Shown here piece after piece: positions 22,744 to 34,500 of a stretch of 64,000 bases of DNA. The position numbers and the translations under genes were made by a program. The stretch spans positions 62,001 through 126,000 of the forward strand of contig NIVC01000732.1 of NCBI GenBank assembly GCA_002269645.1, written 5' to 3'. Source of the stretch: Macrostomum lignano (taxonomy: Eukaryota). Under the pieces are notes generated by a model. It saw only the letters and a program-made list of their open reading frames with translations. It was not told the DNA's origin and made no database searches. Each line of letters starts with the position of its first letter. Positions within the stretch are counted from its first letter, which is position 1.

Positions 22744-25561
22744 CTCTTCTAGCTAAGACTTAGATGAAGTCGCAAGGAGGACTGTTATTTGACCTTTGCA
22801 ACCGCCCCAAACACCCAGTCGATCGACCGAGGTGTTTTGGGGTTTTTTCTGACTCGGAAACACCGCGTGATGTTTTAATAGAAGATTTTTTAAAGAACCG
22901 ATCCAGCACAATCGGATTATAAGAATTCTTTGATTGCGAGGTTATATGTAGGTTACAACTCAGCGAGTCAGCGATACCGATCGAAAAAGCTTGCGGCGAA
23001 ACGCGCGTTCGTTGAGCCGTCTCTTACTGGCTTTGGCTAGGGCCTATCTTATCTTTTTATGGGCCTCTCGACCCCTTCTCGCCACAGGGGCCCGCCGCCG
23101 GCCGGTCTTTCCGATCTTATTCCACCACGTGCGCCCATCCACCCCACCCCTCCTTTCCACGCGTCGACTTACACAACCCTGAAGAGAAAACTTCCATTCC
23201 ACTCTCTCCTGCCCCCGACCGTTACTTTCACCCTTTCCCCAGAATTGTACATTGCTAGCATGTACATCCAGAGCTGGCGTGCGCCGCCCACCCCACAGAT
23301 CTAGCCCAGTAATGTACATATGCTTAGACAAGGTCGATTAGTCAATATGTACACGATTAGTAAAAGGCCCGAAGAGAAAAAATTCGCGTGACTATCGCTA
23401 CTATACGCCCTACGTTAGCAAATAAAAAACTGCCCTACTTTTCTAATCTATGAGTAGCCTAATGTCATAGTAGCGTTTTACGATACACCTTATTAAGCTG
23501 AGGTTAAAATTACTAAGATTATTATTATTACACTCGTCCGTACTGGAGAACCGCAAAGATTTCTTAACTTTAATCCCTTGACAAAAACCTAAAATTTAAT
23601 ACTAAATTTATGTAGCTAGCTCGAGCTAATGATGCTATTTTCAGTCTTCTAATGTCGAATGATAAAAAAAGAAAAAATAGACTTTTCATCAAGCAATTGA
23701 AGCGAACCCGAATATACTACAGATTAATCATAGAACAGTGTAACGCAACAATAACATATTTATATATTTAAAAAATAAAACCAATATAACTGTGTCCTCA
23801 TTTTTATCATGTGATCATCAGACCAAACTCGTAATAAGATTCGTACTTTAAGCAGTACACACACAACCTTTCTAGACATGTACTCATGCGTGTAAAAACT
23901 GAATCGCTAAAACATGTTGACACCTTGACCTTATTTGTGTATGAAAAATTGTTGCACCAAGGACTAATTTACTATGCAAATAAAAACATGTATACTAAGC
24001 TAATAAAATACTATCATTAAAATAACAATAATCGATGTAAACTTGTTCTGACCAAACTTGTCTTAATTAAAACACCGACGCCTAATAGAAAAAAGTGTGC
24101 AAAATAAAAAACAGTCAATAATACCAACTTATTAAAAGCAACAGGCGAAACGGCACATTTTGTGACCCCTATAGTAAACTTTTAAGAAAAAACTAGACTG
24201 CTTTAGCGGGATGTAACAAGTAAAATTCAAGAGTAAAATTTACACAATTCCTAAATAAAATATTTCAATATCAACATTAGCAATAGAAGATAATTAACAG
24301 GTAAAAAATCTCCAACCATCTTCATTGCGGTAGATTTACATGTAAACTTCAATCTGGTGCCAAAATTAAAGGATAAATTCATATTTTATAATTCAAAATT
24401 AATAAACTGGACATTGGAATTTAAACAACGGGTTGAGCCAGAGATTTTGGAATACAACTTTTTCGGCACCAATTTAAATTATTAATACGATAAAACAAAT
24501 AAACCACTGTTTGTTAACTTGAAATCGTTGCAGAAAATTAACAACCCTCACAGCTAAACAAACAAAAATAATTTGAAAACCAAATCAAAGAAAGTTTGCC
24601 AACAAAACGCAACACGAAAAATCTGGATTGGCACAAAGAATTTAAACGGAGTTTGATTAGGTTGGAATCAATAAAAATACACAGGAAGCAAATCAACAAT
24701 CGTCACTATTGTAGTTAAACAAAACCGATAGATTTCTAAGAAATGTTTCAAAAGTTCGTTAAAACAAATACCAACATACAGTTAGTAAAATTGATAATCA
24801 TTTGATTGAATTTGACAACCAGATCGAGGCGCGCACAATTCAGAAGAGAGAATTTATTGCATATTGAAAGGCACGAAGACGGATCGGTAAAGCATAAAAT
24901 TAATGATTCATAATCGGTAATGATGATAAACATCGATAATATTACTGTAATATTGGCATATTGCACAGCCGACTATGATGAGTGAAATCTGTAGCTAGAA
25001 ATCGCGCTAAATAAGGCAAATAGGTGTATGATAGAAAAATGTATTTTTTGTCAATAAAAGTGGAAGCTTAAGAACAGACAATAGAAAATTATTAATATCC
25101 AACTAACTACAGACACAACCAATTGTCCAAAATTAAAGAAAATTAAAAAGTACAAACTTCCAGGCAAATAAAAATACAAAAAAAAACACTTAAGCCTGAT
25201 CGCCGAATAACAAGAGAATTTTCATATTTTAAAGATTCGAGACTCTGGGCTACGGAATGGCAGATTTCTAGATCTGGGACTACACATTTGGGATTTGGGA
25301 TTTGGGACTCTCTCAGATTCAGTATTTCGAAATTTGGAATTTCGGACTCCTAGACAAGGGATTCTCAAAGTTCTCTTTGAGAATTCCAGACTCTCCCAGA
25401 CTCTTTTGGATTCGGGATTTGGGATACAGGACTCCCAGCTGCGGAATTTTGGATTCTTGAAATTAGGGATTTGAGTCTCTCCCAGCTTTGGGATCTCAAT
25501 TTTTTGGATTTGGGATGAAAAACTTTTTTGCGTCGACTTTGAGACAGATGATTTTATTAAA

Positions 25562-28500
25562 TCACAGCCTTTTGTTGTCGCTAGCAGCAGCTGACACTTG
25601 CCGTTTCCATTTCCATTGCTGCCTCTTGTTGCCAGGCTTACAACTGGCCAGAGTGAGTTTATTACCTGGCGAAGCTTCCATACAGAGGCCTCTTAAAGCG
25701 TGATAAATGCTACCATCGGATCGATAGCGCCACTCCTGATTGCCGCGGCCGCCGTGACAATTGTAGATGATGACATTGTCACCGCCTGGAAAGTCTACGC
25801 AGCCTTCGTCCCGGCGAATTTCGCCGTTCTTAGACAGCATCCAGAACTGATTGCCGCCCTGGCCGTGACAGGGCCAGAGCTTCACGATGGTCCTGCCGGA
25901 CTCGTGATGACTCACTGGCGAGTCAATGCAGTACGGCACCGCGGCGTTCTCGATGGGACCTCGGGCCAGAGCGTGTCTGGGCAGGAACAGTTCGGGGTAG
26001 ACGGTGTCCAAATACCACTGGAAACTGCGGCAGCCAAGTCGCTGGCGGAGTGCTTTGCGTTCAGACACGTCGCCGTAATTTCCCTGGCGTAAATGGGATT
26101 TTGGAGATTCTTTTTAATTTAAACTAATTGCAGTTAAGACAAACAAGATAAGCCAGGGGTAGATGATAATGATTGGATCTGAGTAGGGATCGATGGGATC
26201 AAAGTAGGAATCGATGGGATCAGAGTAGGGATCCATGGGATCAGAGTAGGAATCGATGGGATCAGAGTAGGGATCCATGGGATCAGAGTAGGGATCCATG
26301 GGATCAGAGTAGGGATCCATGGGATCAGAGTAGGGATCCATGGGATCAGAGTAGGGATCCCATGGGATCAGAGTAGGGATCCCATGGGATCAGAGTAGGG
26401 ATCCATGGGATCAGAGTAGGGATCCATGGGATCAGAGTAGGGATCCATGGGATCAGAGTAGGGATCCCATGGGATCAGAGTAGGGATCCATGGGATCAGA
26501 GTAGGGATCAATGGGATCAGAGTAGGGATCCATGGGATCAGAGTAGGGATCCATGGGATCAGAGTAGGGATCCATGGGATCAGAGTAGGGATCCATGGGA
26601 TCAGAGTAGGGATCAATGGGATCAGAGTAGGGATCAATGGGATCAGAGTAGGGATCCATGGGAACAGAGTATGGATCAATCGGATCAGAGTATGGATTGA
26701 TAGGATCAGAGTATGGATCAATCGGATCAGAGTATGGATTGATAGGATCAGAGTATGGATCAATCGGATCAGAGTATGGATTGATAGGATCAGAGATGAG
26801 GATTCAAGTAAAGATGTATTTCGCAAATATAAATGATAAAAATTATTAAAGCCAGACATAAACAAACGAAACAAACCGGTTTAGACTAGTTAAAGAAGTT
26901 GAGAAAGCTTAGCAAATAAAATAAAAGATCAAAAAACACATGATAATACGCCTAACTTGAATCTCAAGCCGGTTATAATAGAATTTAGCAGCCGAAACAG
27001 CGTGCATTAATAGCATTAATGGCTATGACATGTCTCAACGTGCGCAAGTGGCGGTGTTACAACAAATAAGCTCTTTCGCGCGCATCTACTAGCTATGGAA
27101 TTGTTATTATTTATCTGAGACAAATATAGATCCAGGCATTTGCTAAAATTTGCACTGATTTTAAATCGACAACATTTAGTAAATTGAATGAAAAATTTCG
27201 TTACTAAACCAGCTACAGAGAGGGCGCCAGCTACAGAGGCGGCGCCAGTTACAGAGGGGAGGCGCCAGCTACAGAGGCGGCGCCAGTTACAGAGGGGAGG
27301 CGCCAGCTACAGAGAGGAGGCGCCAGCTACAGAGGGGGCGCCAGCTACAGAGGGGGCGCCAGCTACAGAGGGGAGGCGCCAGCTACAGAGAGGAGGCGCC
27401 AGCTACAGAGGGGGCGCCAGCTACAGAGGGGGCGCCAGCTACAGAGGGGAGGCGCCAGCTACAGAGGGGAGGCGCCAGCTACAGAGGGGAGGCGCCAGCT
27501 ACAGAGAGGCGCTAGCTACAGAGGGGGCGCCAGCTACAGAGGGAACGCCAGCTTCAGAGGGGGCGGAAGCTACAAAGGGGGCGCCAGCTACAGAGAGGCG
27601 CCAGCTACAGAGGGGGCGCCAGCTACAGAGAGGGCGGCAGCTACAGAGGCGGCGCCAGCTACAGAGGGGAGGCGCCAGCTACAGAGGGGAGGCGCCAGCT
27701 ACAGAGGGGGCGCCAGCTACAGAGGCGGCGCCAGCTACAGAGGGGAGGCGCCAGCTACAGAGGGGAGGCGCCAGCTAAAGAGGGAACGCCAGCTTCAGAG
27801 GGGGCGGCAGCTACAAAGGGGGCGCCAGCTACAGAGAGGCGCCAGCTACAGAGGGGGCGCCAGCTACAGAGAGGCGCCAGCTACAGAGGGGGCGTCAGCT
27901 ACAGAGGGAACGCCAGCTTCAGAGGGGGCGGCAGCTACAGAGGCGGCGCCAGCTACAGAGGGGAGGCGCCAGCTACAGAGGGGAGGCGCCAGCTACAGAG
28001 GCGGCGCCAGCTACAGAGGGGAGGCGCCAGCTACAGAGGGGAGGCGCCAGCTACAGAGGGAACGCCAGCTTCAGAGGGGGCGGCAGCTACAAAGGGGGCG
28101 CCAGCTACAGAGAGGCGCCAGCTACAGAGGGGGCGGCAGCTACAAAGGGGGCGCCAGCTACAGAGGGGAGGCGCCAGCTACAGAGGGGAGGCGCCAGCTA
28201 CAGAGGGGAGGCACCAGCTACAGAGGAGAGGCACCAGCTACAGAGGAGAGGCACCAGCTACAGAGGGGAGGCGCCAGCTACAGAGGGGAGGCGCCAGCTA
28301 CAGAGGAGGCGCCAGCTACAGAGGGGAGGCGCCAGCTACAGAGGGGGCGCCAGCTACAGAGGGGAGGCGCCAGCTACAGAGGGGAGGCGCCAGCTACAGA
28401 GGGGAGGCGCCAGCTACAGAGGGGAGGCGCCAGCTACAGAGGGGCGCCAGCTAGAGGGGAGGCGCAGAGGGGCGCCAGCTACAGAGGGGGCGCCAGCTAC

Positions 28501-31500
28501 AGAGGGCCTTGCTGAATATAAAGACAAAACTGAAGCTGAAATTTGCAGTCAAAGCATTATGCTCAGGCAATGAGATAATTTGCCTACCTTTCCCCCTACT
28601 CTCTCGTAGTAGATAGTCGCGTACTCGTCCATCCACACGTCAGCCAGTCGCACAGAATTCTTTTTCAACACGCTGCCGGTGCCCCAACTGTAGGGCGAGC
28701 GCTTCCGAAAGATGTGACCAACAATGGAGCAGGGCACAATCTCCAGGGTGCCGCCGCACATCCAAATTTTAAAGCTAATCTCTAAATTCTCTCCGCCCCA
28801 GATGTCGAATCCGGGATCATAGCTGCCCAGATGGGCAAAGTATTTCCTGGAAATGGAGAACAGTCCGCCAGCCATGGTGGGGCTGCGAACCGGATCGATC
28901 CTACTCAACCGGCGCTTCCTGTCGCGCTCGGGCACAACGTGCCAATTGAATTGTAAATTCCAGTCGAATCCGCCAACACTCATCGAGTCTAAATTAGTTG
29001 CCGTGGACATTGCCAAGGTGCTATCGCTGATCACTTCGATAGTTGGCGTCACAACGTTTGTCCAGTTGAGCGCGATCCGATGCAGCAGCGGCTCGAGCCA
29101 GCCTGTGGCGCATTCGCAATGCGAATCCAGGAATGTCAGCACAGTGCCTTCGGCTTTGCGGGCTCCCATTAACCTGGCGCGGATTAGGCCTTCGCGCTTG
29201 GCTGCCCGAAGGATTCGAACCTGAGTGATGCAAATTAGGCTACTTTTAGTAGTGTGAGAAGAATTATATTCAACTTTACATTGTATAACTTTACAACTAC
29301 TTAACTTGAAGGTCAGGGGTTCGATTCTTGATCCCACTAGAACAATTTGTGTCCTTGAGCAACACACTGAACTCTGCATTGCTTCAGTTCACCCAGCTGT
29401 AAAATGGGTGCCAGCATTAGCTGAGGTAATTAAAGGTGTGCGTGGCGACCCCCCACAGTCCTTGGACTGAACAGCCGCACGCAGCCTTCAGATCAGGTGA
29501 CAATCACACGCTAATCTAATCAGTAATCAGGTGACAATCACACACTAATCTAATCAGTGATCAGGTGACAATCACACACTAATCTAATCAGTGATCAGGT
29601 GACAATCACACACTAATCTAATCAGTGATCAGGTGACAATCACACACTAATCTAATCAGTGATCGGGTGACAATCACACACTAATCTAATCAGTGATCAG
29701 GTGACAATCACACACTAATCTAATCAGTGATCGGGTGACAATCACACACTAATCTAATCAGTGATCAGGTGACAATCCCACACTAATCTAATCAGTGATC
29801 AGGTGACAATCACACACTAATCTAATCAGTGATCAGGTGAAAATCACACACTAATCTAATTAGTGATCAGGTGAAAATCACACACTAATCTAATCAGTGA
29901 TCAGGTGAAAATCACACACTAATCTAATTAGTGATCAGGTGACAATCACACACTAATCTAATCAGTGATAAGATGACAATCACACACTAATCTAATCAGT
30001 GATCAGGTGAAAATCCCACACTAATCTAATCAGTGATCAGGTGACAATCACACACTAATCTAATCAGTGATCGGGTGACAATCACACACTAATCTAATCA
30101 GTGATCAGGTGAAAATCACACACTTATCTAATCAGTGATAAGATGACAATCACACACTAATCTAATCAGTGATCAGGTGACAATCACACACTAATCTAAT
30201 CAGTGATCAGGTGACAATCACACACTAATCTAATCAGTGATCGGGTGACAATCACACACTAATCTAATCAGTGATCAGGTGACAATCACACACTAATCTA
30301 ATCAGTGATCGGGTGACAATCACACACTAATCTAATCAGTGATCAGGTGACAATCACACACTAATCTAATCAGTGATCAGGTGACAATCACACACTAATC
30401 TAATCAGTGATCAGGTGAAAATCACACACTTATCTAATTAGTGATCAGGTGAAAATCACACACTAATCTAATCAGTGATCAGGTGACAATCACACACTAA
30501 TCTAATCAGTGATCAGGTGACAATCACACACTAATCTAATCAGTGATCAGGTGACAATCACACACTAATCTAATCAGTGATCAGGTGACAATCACACACT
30601 AATCTAATCAGTGATCGGGTGACAATCACACACTAATCTAATCAGTGATCAGGTGACAATCACACACTAATCTAATCAGTGATCGGGTGACAATCACACA
30701 CTAATCTAATCAGTGATCAGGTGAAAATCACACACTAATCTAATTAGTGATCAGGTGACAATCACACACTAATCTAATCAGTGATAAGATGACAATCACA
30801 CACTAATCTAATCAGTGATCAGGTGAAAATCCCACACTAATCTAATCAGTGATCAGGTGACAATCACACACTAATCTAATCAGTGATCGGGTGACAATCA
30901 CACACTAATCTAATCAGTGATCAGGTGAAAATCACACACTTATCTAATCAGTGATAAGATGACAATCACACACTAATCTAATCAGTGATCAGGTGACAAT
31001 CACACACTAATCTAATCAGTGATCAGGTGACAATCACACACTAATCTAATCAGTGATCGGGTGACAATCACACACTAATCTAATCAGTGATCAGGTGACA
31101 ATCACACACTAATCTAATCAGTGATCGGTGACAATCACACACTAATCTAATCAGTGATCAGGTGACAATCACACACTAATCTAATCAGTGATCAGGTGAC
31201 AATCACACACTAATCTAATCAGTGATCAGGTGAAAATCACACACTTATCTAATTAGTGATCAGGTGAAAATCACACACTAATCTAATCAGTGATCAGGTG
31301 ACAATCACACACTAATCTAATCAGTGATCAGGTGACAATCACACACTAATCTAATCAGTGATCGGGTGACAATCACACACTAATCTAATCAGTGATCAGG
31401 TGACAATCACACACTAATCTAATCAGTGATCGGGTGACAATCACACACTAATCTAATCAGTGATCAGGTGACAATCACACACAAATCTAATCAGTGATCA

Positions 31501-34500
31501 GGTGACAATCACACACTAATCTAATCAGTGATCGGGTGACAATCACACACTAATCTAATCAGTGATCAGGTGAAAATCACACACTAATCTAATCAGTGAT
31601 AAGATGACAATCACACACTAATCTAATCAGTGATCAGGTGACAATCCCACACTAATCTAATCAGTGATCAGGTGACAATCACACACTAATCTAATCAGTG
31701 ATCGGGTGACAATCACACACTAATCTAATCAGTGATCAGGTGACAATCACACACTAATCTAATCAGTGATCGGGTGACAATCACACACTAATCTAATCAG
31801 TGATCAGGTGACAATCACACACTAATCTAATCAGTGATCAGGTGAAAATCACACACTTATCTAATTAGTGATCAGGTGAAAATCACACACTAATCTAATC
31901 AGTGATCGGGTGACAATCACACACTAATCTAATCAGTGATCAGGTGACAATCACACACTAATCTAATCAGTGATAAGGTGACAATCCCACACTAATCTAA
32001 TCAGTGATAAGATGACAATCACACACTAATCTAATCAGTGATCGGGTGACAATCACACACTAATCTAATCAGTGATCAGGTGACAATCACACACTAATCT
32101 AATCAGTGATCGGGTGACAATCACACACTAATCTAATCAGTGATCAGGTGAAAATCACACACTAATCTAATCAGTGATCAGGTGACAATCACACACTAAT
32201 CTAATCAGTGATCAGGTGAAAATCACACACTAATCTAATCAGTGATCGGGTGACAATCACACACTAATCTAATCAGTGATCAGGTGAAAATCACACACTA
32301 ATCTAATCAGTGATCAGGTGACAATCACACACTAAACTAATCAGTGATAAGATGACAATCACACACTAATCTAATCAGTGATCAGGTGACAATCCCACAC
32401 TAATCTAATCAGTGATCAGGTGACAATCACACACTAATCTAATCAGTGATCGGGTGACAATCACACACTAATCTAATCAGTGATCAGGTGACAATCACAC
32501 ACTAATCTAATTAGTGATCAGGTGACAATCACACACTAATCTAATCAGTGATCAGGTGACAATCACACACTAATCTAATCAGTGATCAGGTGAAAATCAC
32601 ACACTTATCTAATTAGTGATCAGGTGAAAATCACACACTAATCTAATCAGTGATCGGGTGACAATCACACACTAATCTAATCAGTGATCAGGTGAAAATC
32701 ACACACTAATCTAATCAGTGATAAGGTGACAATCCCACACTAATCTAATCAGTGATAAGATGACAATCACACAATAATTTAATCAGTGATCAGGTGACAA
32801 TCACACACTAATCTAATCAGTGATCAGGTGACAATCACACAATAATCTAATCAGTGATCAGGTGACAATCACACACTAATCTAATCAGTGATCAGGTGAC
32901 AATCACACACTAATCTAATCAGTGATAAGATGACAATCACACAATAATCTAATTAGTGATCAGGTGACAATCACACACTAATCTAATCAGTGATAAGATG
33001 ACAATCACACACTAATCTAATCAGTGATCAGGTGAAAATCACACACTAATCTAATCAGTGATCGGGTGACAATCACACACTAATCTAATCAGTGATCAGG
33101 TGAAAATCACACACTAATCTAATCAGTGATAAGATGACAATCACACAATAATTTAATCAGTGATCAGGTGACAATCACACACTAATCTAATCAGTGATCA
33201 GGTGACAATCACACAATAATCTAATCAGTGATCAGGTGACAATCACACACTAATCTAATCAGTGATCAGGTGACAATCACACACTAATCTAATCAGTGAT
33301 AAGATGACAATCACACAATAATCGGATCAATGATATAAAAATAATTTCAATAAGTAAAACCTTACTTTAGGCGAATAATAACGCATATATTCGGTGAGCG
33401 GCCGTTTCAGATGCTCATATTCGGATGCATCGTCAACTAGAATAATTTCTTTAATAAGACTAGGCGGAGACCGATTGATAACCGAGTGCACAGTGCGCAA
33501 GAGCACTGACCAGGCCTCGTTGTGGAAGCAGATAATTACAGATGTGTCCGGCAGAGGACCCGGGTATCTGCAGTTTTAGGGGAAAGAGCGCCTGTTTTTA
33601 TAAGGCAATTTTGTAAGCAGTTTGTGTAAATGAAAAAGGGGTGTTTATTAGAGACTATTACAGGTAGTTTACGTGTGAATAAAAGGGGTGTTTATTAGTG
33701 ACTATTGCAGGTAGCTTATGTGTGAATAAAAGGGGTGTTTATTAGTGACTATTGCAGGTAGTTTACGTGTGAATAAAAGGGGTGTTTATTAGTGACTATT
33801 GCAGGTAGCTTATGTGTGAATAAAAGGGGTGTTTATTAGTGACTATTGCAGGTAGTTTACGTGTGAATAAAAGGGGTGTTTATTAGTGACTATTGCAGGT
33901 AGCTTATGTGTGAATAAAAGGGGTGTTTATTAGTGACTATTGCAGGTAGCTTACGTGTGAATAAAAGGGGTGTTTATTAGTGACTATTGCAGGTAGCTTA
34001 CGTGTGAATAAAAGGGGTGTTTATTAGTGACTTTTGCAGGTAGTTTACGTGTGAATAAAAGGGGTGTTTATTAGTGACTATTGCAGGTAGCTTACGTGTG
34101 AATAAAAGGGGTGTTTATTAGTGACTTTTGCAGGTAGTTTACGTGTGAATAAAAGGGGTGTTTATTAGTGACTATTGCAGGTAGCTTATGTGTGAATAAA
34201 AGGTGTGTTTATTAGTGACTATTGCAGGTAGCTTACGTGTGAATAAAAGGGGTGTTTATTAGTGACTATTGCAGGTAGCTTACGTGTGAATAAAAGGGGT
34301 GTTTATTAGTGACTTTTGCAGGTAGTTTACGTGTGAATAAAAGGGGTGTTTATTAGTGACTATTGCAGGTAGCTTACGTGTGAATAAAAGGGGTGTTTAT
34401 TAGTGACTTTTGCAGGTAGTTTACGTGTGAATAAAAGGGGTGTTTATTAGTGACTATTGCAGGTAGTTTACGTGTGAATAAAAGGGGTGTTTATTAGTGA

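Noticed and set aside
22743-25562. LRRK2 and GALNT as a trans-spliced operon
   Set aside because: Same strand, but the ~2.8-kb spacer includes a CpG-rich promoter-like segment (22.8-23.4 kb); nothing in the sequence alone supports polycistronic transcription.
29305-29345. tRNA gene
   Set aside because: Only a B-box is present, with no cloverleaf or A-box; better explained as a SINE head.
29221-29379. N-terminal extension of the 276-aa GALNT ORF
   Set aside because: Lies beyond the CTCAG acceptor at 29221 and overlaps the antisense SINE; intronic.
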